DNA from: the human T2T-CHM13v2.0 reference genome, Homo sapiens
DNA: 64,000 nt
Strand: one strand, 5' to 3'
Assembly: GCF_009914755.1 (NCBI RefSeq)
Contig: NC_060944.1
Below the pieces are notes generated by a model. It did no database searches. It had not been told where the DNA came from and saw only the letters and a list, made by a program, of their open reading frames with translations. The translations under genes and the position numbers were made by a program. Every line of letters begins with the position of its first letter. Within the stretch, counting starts at the first letter, position 1. Positions 14,699-35,342 of the stretch are shown in pieces.

Positions 14699-15358
14699 AC
14701 TTTTATGCACCTGGAATTGCTGTGAATTCATATAACCCTCTAGACAAACCTAGGAAATACATACTGAGGCGGGATAGATAGGCAAGGAAGTAACATGTCC
14801 GCAGGCCACAGGAACCGTGGCTGTGACCGTGACTGTCAACACAGTAAGCCCCAGCATTTGCATTGTAGTCCAGCTCATGCAAGCAAAGCTATCTCCAGTA
14901 GGGAATTTCTCCTAGGAAGAGTATGTGCATTTTGATTTTACCTGTCCTCAGACTGACCCTTGTTCATTATAATAGTAAAAAACACACCCCTGGGTGGAGA
15001 TTTAAGATGCTACTGAGACATGCAGTGCATGAACAAGCATGTGCTACCCGCACATGTTCACCCAGAGGACCATCCAAAACATGCTTGCTAGTAACACCTC
15101 TTCCTATCCCCTTAGGTAAGACTCCCATAAAGGAAGTTTCCCCGCGCGGAATCATCCCTCAGGGTGGACTGTCTATTCTGTACCTAACTTTCAGAATATT
15201 CTTTCTCCTTTGCAATAAATTGCTCTGTGCTGCATCTCCTTTGCTGTGTGTCTCTTGTTTAACCCACTGCCATTTAGGAAAAAAAAAAAAGTGCAGCTGG
15301 CTGCCAGCACTCATTTAACTTTACATTATCATGCTCTTTGAGGCTGAAGCAAATCTGA

Positions 15359-15726
<368 letters not shown>

Positions 15727-15795
15727 AGTTATTTATTTCTAAACAGAACTTGTCTCTAATCCTAATGTAACAGAAATGTATATGATGATCAGTAT

Positions 15796-16457
<662 letters not shown>

Positions 16458-16529
16458 TTTCAGTGATTGAGAATCACTGTATTTTGTAAATGGAAATACC
16501 ACTACTAAAAAGAGAATGCTGTAGAATGA

Positions 16530-16904
<375 letters not shown>

Positions 16905-16984
16905 TAAACTAAGAAGATAAGAACTGAGGTTTCACAACAGCTATCACCAATACTATCATTTTGCCCATTTTCAATTGACAAGCC

Positions 16985-17758
<774 letters not shown>

Positions 17759-18089
17759 CAAGCCAAAGACCCAGAGAGGCTAAATAATTTGCCACAGGTT
17801 ATATGGCTAGAAAACGGTAGAGCCAGACTTCAAAAGCAGGCTGACCCCAGCACTTTGAATGAGTGCTGACCCAAGCACTCTCATTGTTAATCATTGCACT
17901 ACACTTCCGTAGCTCGTTTTCCCTTCTCAGCAACCCTACTGTGAGGTAGGTATGGTTATGACTGCTATGTGCAGTTTACAGTTGAAGACATGAAGACTCT
18001 CAGGGATGATGTGGCTTGCCCAAAGTTCACACAGGTAGTGGAAAGCAGAGGAACCAGGTTAGTCGGACTCAGATAAGAGATGTACCCAA

Positions 18090-18835
<746 letters not shown>

Positions 18836-19341
18836 TCAAATACTTTTGCTAAAATCAACAGCTCTTCCCTTAGGTATCCCACAGTACTGGACTACTCTCA
18901 TTTCCTTCAGACCTCTTCTCAAATGTCAGCTACTCAGCGATACCCTGACCACCCTATCCAAAATAGTAGCTCTCATGCCCCAACCCCCATTCTCTTGTCT
19001 CTTCTCTTACTGCTTGTCATAATTATGTAAATTTTTTGTGCTAGAACAAATGCTTCATGAGAGCAGGGGCTGTGTCTGTTTTGTACACTGCTGCATTCCC
19101 AGGGTCTGGCATCCAGCAGGCACTCCATAATTTTTTAGTCTGAAATCAATAATAACTTAATCCAATCTCAATATTCTCATCAATGGACTTGAGAATAAGC
19201 AAATGTTATTAATGTATCTACATTAGATACTGGGACTCTTGGCATTTCAATTGAAAAAGGCTTTCGGAGATATGAAGGACTGGACCAGCAAGAGATTCTC
19301 CAAGTTTCTAGCCTTGGCTGGTCATGAAACTTTTAAGGGAA

Positions 19342-19643
19342 GGCCAGGCACAGTGGCTCAGGCCTGTAACCCCAGGACTTTGGGAGGCCAAGGCAGGCAG
19401 ATGGCTTGAACTCAGGCGTTCAAGACCAGCCTGGGCAACATGGTGAAACCCCATCTCCACAAAAAAATACAAAAAATTAGCCAGGTATGGTGGTGCACGC
19501 CTGTAGTCCTAGCTACTCAAGAGGCTGAGGTGGGAAGATGGCTAGAGCCCAGGAAGCAGAGGCTGCAGTGTGAGTCAAGATCATGCCACTGCACCCCAGC
19601 CTGGGTGACAGAGCCAGACTGTGTCTCAGAAAAAAAAAAAAAA
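19342..19643 (+). mobile_element. Alu (J-like)
   Basis: Full dimer with A-tail. Confidence 0.9.
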
Positions 19644-19644
19644 T

Positions 19645-19920
19645 TGTAAGGGAAGCTTGATTAAAACACCAATACCCAGTGCCTACCCTCAAAGATTCTC
19701 ATTGAATTGGTCTGAAGAGTGTTCTGAACATCAGCATTTTTTAAGGCTCTCCAGGTGATGCTAATGTGCCTCTGTGGTTGCCATTCACAGCCCTGGACCT
19801 CCTAAACTAGAATCCCTGGGACAAAGGTTTTCAACCTTGACAGAGCTTTGGAAAATACTGATGTTGGAGTACCACCTCCAAAGATTTTGATGTAATTAGG
19901 CTGGATGAGGCCCAGGGAAT
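19645..19920. mobile_element. MER5-type hAT MITE fragments
   Basis: GATTCTCATTGAATTGGTCTGAAG...GCATTTTTTAAGGCTCTCCAGGTGATGCTAATGTG. Confidence 0.6.
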
Positions 19921-20058
19921 AGATTTTTCATTTTCGTTATTATACTTCTCAGCTCCAGAATGTCTATGTAGCGCCATACATTGTTTTCCTGATTTCCTTG
20001 AGTTTTTTATTCAAGATTTCCTTTAGTTCTTTCAGCATATTGAACGTAGCTGATTTAA

Positions 20059-20438
<380 letters not shown>

Positions 20439-20454
20439 CTATTTTGCTCCTTTT

Positions 20455-21226
20455 TTAACTGAAAAATTAAAGTTAACTTTACACTTGATGGGTGCCAAAA
20501 GTCTTGCACCCAGATCAGCTGCAGACAAGAACAGAAATTTTAAACAAATGAGATCAAAATCCTGAAGCATTCTCCACAGAACTGTAACAGGGATGAAACA
20601 TTTACTAGTATAATCCTGAAGACAAAGCACAATCAAAGCAATGGCTACCAAGAGATGGAAGTGGTTCAGTCAATGCAAAAGCAGGCTGGTCAAGAGCAAA
20701 GATCATGGCAACTGTTTTTGGGGGGATGATCATTTTACTTGCTGACTTTCTAGAGAGCCAAAGGATAATAACATCTGCTTATTATGAGAGTATTTTGAGA
20801 AAGTTAGCCAAAGCTTTAGCAAAACAAAGCCCAGGAAAGCTCACCAGAGAGTCCTTCTCCACCATGACAATGTTCCTGTTCATTCCTCTCATCAAACAAG
20901 GTCAATTTTGCAAAAGTTTCAATGGGAAATCATTAGGCATCCACCTTACAGTCCTGATTCAGCTCCTTCTGATGTCTTTTTTGTTTCCTAATCTCAAAAT
21001 ATCTTTAAAGGACACCCATTTTTCTTTAGTTAATAATGTAAAAAAAAGATGACATTGACATGGCTAAATCCCCAGGCCTCAGTTTTTTAGGGATGGACTG
21101 AATGGCTAGTATCATCACTTACAAAAGTGTCTTGAACTTGACAGAACTTATGTTGAGAAATAAAGTTTATGTTTTCTGTTTTTATCTTTAATTTCACTTT
21201 GCCCCAAACTCTTTGAAGTCCCCATA
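20455..21226 (+). mobile_element. Hsmar2 mariner transposon, 5'-truncated, degenerate transposase
   Basis: WVPK at 20489, HDN at 20863, HPPYSPDSAPSD ending at 20973 (D34D); 3' TIR-like AACTCTTTGAAGTCCCCATA followed by TA. Confidence 0.88.
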
Positions 21227-21649
21227 TACATTTATCTTTATATAAGTTAGGTGTGTAAAGTTATGTCTATATGCATAGATTGCTGTCTGGAACGATGTTC
21301 ACCAAACCGGTAGGGGCGTTAAGGGTGATTTTTGCTGTCCTTATTGCACTTCTCTAACTTGCTTATGATGTACACATACTATTTTCACAAAAGGAAGCTG
21401 GACTTATGGGTTGAGAGGACTGATTAAGCACATCAGTTCATCTCTTCTCTCTCCAAATATCCCATTGAAATGATAACACAAGCATTCCAAAATTCTAATG
21501 AAAACTAACAAAATAATAATAATAATAATAATGCCTACCTCTCAGAATTGTGAATTTTAAAATCTGGCACATAGTGCTTGATGATTATTATCTGCATTTC
21601 CCCCATCCACTTATAGTCCTAAAGATAACATTATTATAGATGCTCTTAA

Positions 21650-22085
21650 CCCTTCTTGTGACATGAAGTTCTTTGCAGTCTGGTGGAGCTCAAGGATGCC
21701 TTCTTAGCATAATATTTTTTTATTAATAAAATTATATATATAGGATTATAAAAGAAATCATTCGTGTTAAAGTACATTTATCAAAATGTTTAAAAAGTAA
21801 ATCAGTCATAGAATAACATATGTGCTTTTACAAGATTTGGAACATGTCTAATAATGACCATGATTTCAAAGTTGTGATGAACGTAAGTGATATTTTGAAA
21901 TAATTTCAACAACAGCAATGTGATGGGGAAAATACCTGATTTCTATTGCTGATGAAGTCACAGGAACACGAATACTACTACAGTCTCTTCTTTATTTTCA
22001 TAATTGAAGAAAATGCTAAGTTTGAGCTGAACTTTGTGAAAATAAAGACAATTTTTCTCATAATCCAACTTCATGGATGTCCTAA
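21650..22085. mobile_element. Old hAT-Charlie-like DNA transposon remnant
   Basis: AT-rich; resembles recalled MER113-type sequence. Confidence 0.4.
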
Positions 22086-22867
22086 TTTAATAAAACAGGT
22101 TTCCATATGTCTTTGCCGAAGTCTGTTTATCTGTTTGGTCTCTTTCTTATTTATTACAGACTCTCCTCAAATCTACTATTCTTTACATTGTATTAGCCTA
22201 AGTAAAAAAATAATAAAAACCTATGATGCTCCTTGACAGTTTGCTTATATTGAAGGATGAGACTTAGACTAAAAGTTATTGGAAGCTATGTGCATGTGAG
22301 CAGGGCTTATTAACTATGAGCTTTGATGACTATTCATTAGTCATCAGTATCAGGATCTTTACATCTTTCCTTCTGAACTGGTCAAATTCTCCAGAAAAGA
22401 CTCTTCTAGCTTCTTTTTAGGAGAGGATAATCCTCCCTTAGAGAGTATAGTCCTGGGCAGTGCAGTTTTTCTTTTCTTTCTTTTTTTCTTTGAGACGTGG
22501 TCTCACTCTGTCACCCAGGCTGGAGTGCAGTGATCATGGCTCACTGCAGCCTTGACCTCCCAGATTCAAGCAATCCTCCCACCTCAGCCTCCTGAGGTGC
22601 TGGGACTACAGGCACGTACCACCATACCTGCTAATAGTCTTTTTTTTCAACCTAGGAGTCTCATTATTTGTTTAGGATCAGCATTATTTGCTCAGAGTCA
22701 GCATTCTAGAGTGTAGGCTGGGAAAGAAGCCCGAGAAGCAACTGGGCAGAGCATCTCAACCTCCCTTATGTGAACTTTCACTTAATCCTTCTGCTTTCAG
22801 TCCGAAGACCCTATCTTTCACTATGCTTGGTGTCTCTCAAGCCAGATACCCCTTGTCTTGTAGTCTG

Positions 22868-23380
22868 CAGCTTGCTATCCAATAAAGTACCCTCTAGTCG
22901 CATGTGGCTATTTAAACTTAATTAAAATAGGCCAGGCCTATTTTATACCTGTGATCCCAGCACTTTGGGAGGCCAAGGTAGGTGGATCACTTGAGGTCAG
23001 GAGTTTGAGACCAGCCTAGCCAATATGGTGAAACCCCATCTCTACTAAAAATATAAAAATTAGCCAGGTGTGGTGGCGAGTGCCTGTAATCCCTGCCACT
23101 CGGGACGCTGAGGCAGGGGAATTGCTTGAGCACAGGAGGCAGAGTTTGCAGTGAGCCAAGATCATGCCACTTGGCACTCCAGCCTGGGTGACAGAGCAAG
23201 ACTCCGTCTCAGAAATAAATAAATAAATAAATGTAATTAAAATAAAATAAACTTTCAGCTTCTCAATTGCACTAGTCACGTTTCAAGTGCTCTATAGCCA
23301 CACAAAGGTAGTGGCTGGCTACTGCATCAGACAGTGCAGAACATTTCCATCACTGCAGAAAGTTCCATTGAACGGTGCTG
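22868..23380. mobile_element. MER33-type hAT MITE split by an Alu (22930-23231)
   Basis: CATGTGGCTATTTAAACTTAAATTAAAA / CACGTTTCAAGTGCTC...CACTGCAGAAAGTTCCATTGAACGGTGCTG. Confidence 0.7.
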
Positions 23381-23388
23381 CTCAAGAA

Positions 23389-23579
23389 CCGGGATTGGCA
23401 AATTTTCTCAGTAGCCAGGTAGTAAACATTCCTGGCTTTGGATGCCATATGGTCTCCATTGCATCCACTCCACTCTGTCATTGTAGTATGAAAACAGCCA
23501 CAGACAATATGTGGACTATTTTCTTAGCCAGATCCAACAGGCTGGATCTGGCCTGCGGACCATAGTTTGCTGACCCCTG
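23389..23579 (+). mobile_element. MER58A-type hAT MITE
   Basis: GGGATTGGCAAATTTTC...GGACCATAGTTTGCTGACCCCTG termini. Confidence 0.75.
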
Positions 23580-24529
23580 TCTGAATGTACTGCCTTTTAA
23601 AAAAATCCCTGTACTGTTATTTTAGTGGATCTAGGGAAAGCAGAGTCTAAGATACACAGTTTTTTTTTTTCTTTAACCTACAAGTCTGATTATATGTTCA
23701 GGACTTGTCTTTTTCCTACACTTTAGGATCCACAAGCACAGAGCCCTGTCTTTCTTATTCACTATTCTCCACCTAGTGTCCAGCACAGTCCCTGACATGT
23801 AATTGTCTTTTAGTAGATCATGTTGAATGATTAAATGCTCACCAAGCCACCCTCTGTGTAATTTGGCTTTTCACTTGGATCTGCCTTCAGGAAAGAATGT
23901 GCTGGTTTTGCTGAGTAGATGTCAGTCTGCTTAACAATTATATTTCATGTTATCAATGAATACATTGACATTCCGATTTTCCATCTCAGTCTCATGAGCT
24001 TGGTAAATGTAATTCCACTTCTGAGGGAAGACATCAGCTGCTAAACTTGTGTAGAATCAAACAAATCTTGGTTACAGAAGTGTGAAGTCACAATTGAATT
24101 TGATAAGAAGACTTGTAAGAGACGGGAAATAATTTGGAGGACATAAGTACCTGGAGAATTTTAAATACTGCACTGAAATTGCCCTCTCAGCAAGATAAGC
24201 AAGAGAAGGTTATGTAGAATGTTAACATTGCTGTGACTGTAATAGAACAATATGCCAAGGGCGTTGTTGGAAATTGGTCTGGTGGGGCAAAAGCCACAGG
24301 ATAGATGAAAACTATACGTGCCCCAGAAGAGTGGCTATCTTAGAGCTTACTGACTGGGAGGGGAATGAGGGAGCCTTCTGGAATGCTGGGAATGTTCTAT
24401 ATTTTAATCTGGTGGCGGTTTCACAGGTATATGCATGTGTGCTATTTCATTCTGCCATGCTGGTAAGATATGGCACTTTATCTTATAACTGTATGTAAGC
24501 TATTTCTTATTTGTTTCTTAAAAAAGAAA

Positions 24530-25315
24530 GGAATCATGAGGGAAATGCAAATCAAACCACAATGAGATATCATCTCACACTCTTTAGGATGGCTACTATC
24601 AATAAGTCAAAAAAAAAAAAAAAACAAGTGTTGTATAGGATGTAGAGAAATTGGATCCCTTGGGCACTGTTTTTGGGAATGTGAAATGATGCGGCCACTA
24701 TGGAAAACAGAATGGCAGTTCCTCAAAAAATTAAAAAAACAGAATTACCATATGATGCAGCCATTTGCCTTCTGGGTATATATTCAAAAGAATTGAAAAC
24801 AGAGTTTTAAAGAGATATGTGTACACCAATGTTCACAGCAACATTATTCATAATAGCCAAAAGTGGAAGCAACCCAAGTGTCCATTGATGAATAAATGAA
24901 TGAACAGAGTGTGATACATGCATACAATGGAACATTCTTCAGTCTTAGAAAGGAAGCAAATTCTGACCCATGCTACAACGTAAGTGAACCTTGCAGACAC
25001 AATGCTAAGTGAAATAAGCCAGTCACAAAAAGACAAATACCTTATGATTCCACTTATATGAGGTACCTAGATTAGTCAAATTCACAGAGGCAGAAAGTAT
25101 AATGGGGGTTGCCAGGGGCTGGGTGGAGGGAAGAATGGGGAGATATTGTCAAATAAGTACAGAGTTTCAGTTTTGCAAGACTAAAAGAGGTTTTTGGATG
25201 GATGGTGGCGATGGCACAATAGTACGAATGCAGTTAATACCACTGAACTGTACATTTGAAAATTGTTAAGATGGTAAGTTTTATGTTATGAGTATTTTAC
25301 CATAATTTTTAAAAA
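24530..25315 (+). mobile_element. L1MB 3' end
   Basis: GGAAATGCAAATCAAACCACAATGAGATATCATC...CACTGAACTGTACATTTGAAAATTGTTAAGATGGTAAGTTTTATGTTATG. Confidence 0.8.
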
Positions 25316-25976
25316 GTAAGAAATAATATATATATAAATTTTTCCTGATTATATTACAGTTGTTCATTTTTCCTCATGTTCAGCAATATTTAATGAGAAG
25401 ACACGTGGCTTTCTGAGAGATACTGCTGTAGGACTACACAGATTGTAAATACAATCTTTAAACCATAAAACTCGTAACTGTTTAACTAGTTGTTATAAAA
25501 CATGTTTGTTAAAGAAAACTTTACATGGCCACTTGAGTTGTAGAAAGCAGAGGCGACCAGTTTTGTGTGGTTATTTTTGCCCAATAAAGAAGGTGTAAAT
25601 TTTTCACTGGGCAGAGAGCATTGCTGAATACACAGTCGTGCTGGGGCCTCCCAGTGGTTGGTACTATAGAGATGGAAGTTGCCTTTGATAGATCTGATCC
25701 AGCCACCATGGCAAGCTTTGTTTCTCCCACACCTGCAAGATTGAGAGCTAGGCTTGAGCAAATATGCTGCATTAAGGAAATCCAACCTAAGAGGTATCTT
25801 GGAAGACAGACAGCTTCAGCAGGCCACACTTCTCCACCCTGGTGAACTTCTATATCTGCACTAAATATGTATTACTTCTTTAATGAAAAAAAAACTCATA
25901 CTTTTAATCAATCACTTACATAGTGCTTGCTATGTACCATTCACTGTCCTTAGTATTTTATAAACATTAATTTACT

Positions 25977-26284
<308 letters not shown>

Positions 26285-26538
26285 TTAATTTATTTAACTC
26301 TCATAACAACCCTAAGAAGGTACCTAATATTAGTACCTAAGAGGTAGGCACTAATAGTGCCATCATCATATTCTACAAATGAGGAGGTTGAAGCACAGAG
26401 TGGTCAAGTAACCAGCCCAAGGAAAGCTTACAAATGGCAGAGCTGGGACTTGAACCCAGGCAGTTAGCACCTGTGCCTGTGCTGTCAACAATTATGCTGC
26501 CTCCAAATCAGGCAGAATGAATTTCTTGGTGCTGGGGG

Positions 26539-27267
<729 letters not shown>

Positions 27268-28200
27268 AGGAGAGAACACCTTCATGTTTCCTTTCTCCTT
27301 TTTCTCTCTCCTTTCCCCACCCTTCTTGGTCCTTAATTTCAAGGAGGGGAAATTGTGCAATTTTGATCTAGATTGGTCAAATCCTACATTATAAAGGATT
27401 TTTTTCCCGGGACGGTTTTGAAGAGAGTTAACAGGTCTATAGCAGTGTTTTTCAGACTTTCAGATCTTCCAGATGTATAATTTTTTTCTCAAAAGTGTTG
27501 GGCAAAGACTTCTGCTGTCAGTAATGATAGAGTAATAGAGACCAGATTGATCCTCCCTTAAACAATTAGGAAAACAGGCAAAATGATATGAAACAATGCT
27601 TTCCATATACTGGACAACAGACAATGAAGACTATGATTCCTGAGAGAAAAAAAATGAGATGAGCCTTAAGATCACCCCTTCCTGTGTGGAGACAGTTTTC
27701 ACAATGCAGCTCATAGAAGGGAAACTCAAGCAGAATGGCCAAAGTGGCTAGAATTTACAGGTAAGAGTGTTGAAGAGGAGTCCAGAGTTCTCAACCTCAG
27801 AGATCTCCAAGGGGCCCTCTTGAGTCTTTGGCTGTGTACTGATTTACACATATGTGAGAAAAAGTACCCAAGGCCGGGGGGGAATCTGCTGGAAAGCAGT
27901 AGGCTAAAGAGCTCATATAAGGTGAGAAATTGTTTGTGATTCCAACAGTTAAAATGCAGACACTTCTTAATATATCGGGCATCAAGCAGAGCCCTCATAA
28001 GGAGACTCATCTCAGTCATGAGGCTAAATTAGCCGTAGACCAAAGGCTATTCAGAACCTGCCTCTGAAAATCTTAAAAGCAAGGCTAAAATGAACCTAGA
28101 TGATCCCATGTAATTTAACAGTGTCCCAAAACAAAGTTCAATACTACTTAAAGAAACACAATAAAATCCAGCACCCAATTACAAAATTTACAATATCCAG

Positions 28201-29525
<1,325 letters not shown>

Positions 29526-29531
29526 CGTTTG

Positions 29532-29910
<379 letters not shown>

Positions 29911-30478
29911 TTATCAAAACTGCATATGTTAATCAAAACTCATAAAACTGTTTATTTAAAAGGATGAATTTACTTCATGTACATTATACCTGAAGAAACT
30001 TGACCCAAAAAATATGGAAGGAGGAGATGGGAAGGAGTGGGGAGAAAAGAAGAAAAAAGAAGGAGAAAGGAATAAGTGGAATGAGGTTGACCCAACATGG
30101 TCAGATAAGGACAGGGAAAAAAAACAGACTGTTTACTATCATCATCATAATTTCATTAAAAAACAAGAACTGTTTGGAAATAGAAAAGTTGGTGAAAGAA
30201 ACCAAGGAAAAAGAATCAGCTATCTAGCATTTTTACTCTTCCAATTATTATTAATAAATATGCTGTTAGGAGAAATTCCCTGTTCCCATTAATACCTGCT
30301 GAAATTTTTTATTTCCAGCCTCCTCGTCAGCTTGGAATGAATATTAGCTAATATTTGTTGAATATTTACATGTCAGCACTGTTCTAAGCACTTTATTTGC
30401 ATCTTATCTCTTAATCCTTTTAACAACACTAAGGTAGATATTATTGTAGCTGCACTAGAGGAATGTGGTTTAACTTTT

Positions 30479-30786
30479 ATGTAACAAAGTTGGGAATTGT
30501 TTTTCTGTTACCATGGATTTCCAGGTTGAAGGTCACATAACCTGAGCATGCCCAGATGAACCAAACATGCAACCACAGGGGGACCATAAGCCCTGGGACC
30601 AAGGAACAGTGACTGAATTAAGAAGCTCGGGAGTTCTTGACCAGCCTGGGCAACAGAATAAGACTTCATCTCTACCAAAAAATATTTTGAAGAAGAAGAA
30701 GGAAGAGGAAGAGGAGGAGGAGGAGGAGAAGAAGAGGAAGAAGAAGAAAAGAAGAAGAAGAAGAAGAAGAAGAAGAAGAAGAAGAA

Positions 30787-30818
<32 letters not shown>

Positions 30819-31190
30819 AGAAGGAGGAGGAGGAGGAGAAGAAGAAGGGGAGGGGGAGGGGGAATGGGAAGAGGAAGAGGAAGAGGAAGCAGCTCTGAGG
30901 TGAATGCAGGATCCAATCAGACTGTGCTCTGGCATCACCCCATGACAGGATCCAGTCAGATTGGGCCTCACTGCATCACCTCATTGCAAGGTCCAATCAG
31001 ATCACTTCTCTTTACCCTGTGCTTATAAAACCCGATCCAGCTCCCAGCTCAGGGAGACAGATTTGAGCATTTCCTCCTGTCTCCTTGTCACTTGGCTCAC
31101 AATAAACCTTTCTCACTGCAAAAACCCAGTGCTTCAGAGTTTGGCTTCCCGTTGTGCAGGGGCAAACCAACCTAGTTTGTTTCAGTAACG
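30479..31190 (+). mobile_element. Solo ERV LTR interrupted by an Alu fragment and GAA/GGA tract
   Basis: TGTAAC start; three CCAATCAGA-type repeats, TATAAAA at ~31024, AATAAA at 31101, ends ...GTAAC. Confidence 0.65.
30689..30889. repeat. Polypurine (GAA)n/(GGA)n tract with pure (GAA)19 at 30751-30807
   Basis: Counted directly; follows Alu left-monomer fragment at ~30624-30688. Confidence 0.95.
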
Positions 31191-31880
31191 TTATTGTCCC
31201 CCTATCATAGACATGAAAACTGAGACTTCGAGTGAATAAGTAAATTGCGCTGAGGTCCCACAGAGAGAAGGTGGCAGAGCCATGTTTAGAACCCAGGCAG
31301 TCGGGCTTTAGCCATCATTCTGTGCACAAGTGTTTCCTGGGTAAGGCTCACCGTGGGGATGGCTCCACAACGTTCACCACCCCCATAAGATTCCTAGGGA
31401 GTTGCTTGTGAATTGGCAGAATTGATCTTGTCAAATACAATGTCTGGAGAAAATGTTTCTCTATCTCCCAATCCGTCCCATATCAGATCCTATGACTATA
31501 GGTTCTCTGATAATTATTATATTCTCCGTTTTTATGCCACAAATCCACCAGAAGTAAAATAAATACGTGAAAGTGATTTGAGGGTACTATGAGCTATACA
31601 CAGCTAATAAACATGTACTAAGCACCTACAATCTGCCATGAACTTTCAGCTATAGTTTTGCTCCCAATTTACAGCTGCTGAAACTGGGGCCTCAAGAGGA
31701 TAAATGACTTGCTATATGATTCCATTTATATAAAGTTTTAAAAACAGGTGAAACTAATTGACAGTGTTAAAACAAGGCTGAGTAATCTTTGGGGAGAAGG
31801 AATGTGTAGTGACTGGGAAGAAGCACAGGGGGCCAACCAGTTGTTGGTAATAATGTGTTTCTGGACATGGGTGGTGTTTA

Positions 31881-32378
<498 letters not shown>

Positions 32379-32819
32379 TACTTAAATAATAAACAAAAAT
32401 GGAAAAGACAGAGAAAATATGAGGAAAAAGAGATTCTGTCAAACATAATCTATTATAAAGATTCTAAAAGTTTTCCACTGATGTTTAAAAAATATTCATC
32501 TATGAAGGAAAGAGAATCAGACCAGTATCAGATTTCTCATCAGAAGCCAAAAGCCAGACATCAATAGTGCATTATCTTGAAAGTTTTGGAAGAGATTTTT
32601 AAGCTGGAATTCTAGTCTCAGCCAAACATAATCAAATGTGAGGGCAAAGTAAAGGCATTTTCAGACTTGCCAGGACAGAGGAAGTTTGGGTTTTTGTAGT
32701 CTGTTTATTTAAAGTAAGAAGAAAACACTAAAGTCTTGGTTATAGTTGTAGGACAGAACATAATGTTAACTATATCAGTCAGAAGATACTTGGATAATGC
32801 TTGGTTGAGTTCCATAAAC

Positions 32820-33200
32820 TTTATTATGCTGTTGTAGTAAATAAATCCAAACTGTCAGAGGCTTAAGACAACAAAGGTTTATGTCTTTGACATACTACAC
32901 ATTGACAATACAGTGGCAGGGGGCTCTGTTCTCCTGAGGATGGCTCAGAGGCTCTACCATAGGGAATGCTGTAAGGTATGACACCAGGGGAGAAGGAAAT
33001 GTGTGTGTGTGTGTGTGTATGTGTGTGTGTGTGTGTGGTGGTGGTGCTCACACCAGCTATCAAATGTTCCAGCCCAGAAGTAACAAAGATCACTTCCTCT
33101 CACAACTCATTGGCCATAACTAGTCACATGGTTACACTCAACTAAAAAGGGTGGAGAAATGTAATTCTCAGTATATCCAAAGGAAATGAGAACTGGGTAG
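32820..33200 (-). mobile_element. Old MLT1-type LTR containing (TG)n (~33000-33037)
   Basis: CAGAGGCTTAAGACAACAAAGGTTTATGTC, CTCATTGGCCATAACTAGTCACATGG. Confidence 0.55.
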
Positions 33201-33329
33201 GGGTAGGGAGAAACCTTTGAGGTCTCGTCCCCATTAAAAAATGACAATTTATAAACAAAAGTGAGGCTGACAAAAAAATGGAAACGGGAAGCAGAGAGGA
33301 AAGATGGAGAGAAAAGTAAACCATCTTAG

Positions 33330-33659
<330 letters not shown>

Positions 33660-33863
33660 AGAAAGCAGAATGTTAAGAGGTGTTGTCCATGTGACGAAAT
33701 AAGAAAATAGGAGTTATATTAATTGAATTTATGAGGAGAAATGAGAGAACTGCAAATAAGCATATAAATGTCAAACAATTGGAGGTGGAGAGAGCAGAGA
33801 TTGCAAGTAGACTACAGGGAATGGTCCATTTGCCCAGACATTCATCCTAGTCTGTTCACGCTG

Positions 33864-34267
33864 TGCTATAGTTTGGACATGGTTTCTTTGACTCCTCCAA
33901 ATCTCAGGCTGAAATGTAATCCCCAGTGTTGGAGGGATGCTAATGGAAGTTGTTTGGGTTATGGGTAGGATCTCTCATGAATGGCTTGGTGTTGTCCTAG
34001 TGATTGATAATGAGGGCGTTCTTGCTCTATTAGTTCCCTGGTTGTTAAAAACAGCCTGTGAACCTCCCCCTCTCTTGGTTCATTTCTCTCCATATGATCT
34101 CTGCACACACCAGCTCCCCTTTGCCCTCTGCCATGAATGGAAGCAGCCTGAAGACCTCACCAGAAACAGTTACTGGTGCCATGCTTCTCGGGCAGCCTGC
34201 AGAACCATGAGCCAAAATAAACCCAGCTCCGAGTATTCTTTTACAGCAACACAGACAGACTAAGACA
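33864..34267 (+). mobile_element. MST-type MaLR LTR nested in an antisense MLT1A (~33845-34590)
   Basis: TGCTATAGTTTGGA...GACTAAGACA; 5-bp TSD CGCTG/GGCTG; host LTR continues GCTATAACAAAATATCATAAACTGGG. Confidence 0.72.
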
Positions 34268-34663
34268 GGCTGCTATAACAAAATATCATAAACTGGGTGG
34301 CTTCTAAACAATAGAAATTTATTTCTCACAGTTCTGGAGGCTGAGAAGTCCAAGATCAAGATGCTTGCAGATTCGGTGTGTGGTGAGGGTCTCTTTCTGG
34401 TTCATAGACAGCACCTTCTTGCTATATCTTCACATGGTGAAAGGTCAAGAGGTCTCACTCAGGCCTCTTTTATAAAGCCACTGATCCCATTATCACCTCC
34501 CAAAAGCCTCACCTTCTAATACCATCACCTTGGAGGCTAGGATTTCAACATATGAATTTTAAGGAGACACAAACATTCAGACCGTGGCACTGTTGTTTAT
34601 ATTTAGGGAGAAAATGATTAAAAGAGGTGATCTCCAGGGAGTGGTACTGAAGTTGGAAAATAA

Positions 34664-35342
<679 letters not shown>

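Noticed and set aside
25486-25845. Three overlapping 74-102 aa ORFs in apparently non-repeat sequence
   Set aside because: No recognisable domain, splice structure or retrocopy hallmarks (no poly-A tail or TSD).
30907-31001. Regularly spaced repeats resembling a CRISPR-like array
   Set aside because: Only three diverged units with mutually similar spacers, inside a eukaryotic LTR; no cas genes.
30533-31028. ORFs encoding poly-Arg/Glu, poly-Leu and poly-Ser proteins
   Set aside because: Translations of the GAA/GGA microsatellite, which lacks stop codons; no coding signature.
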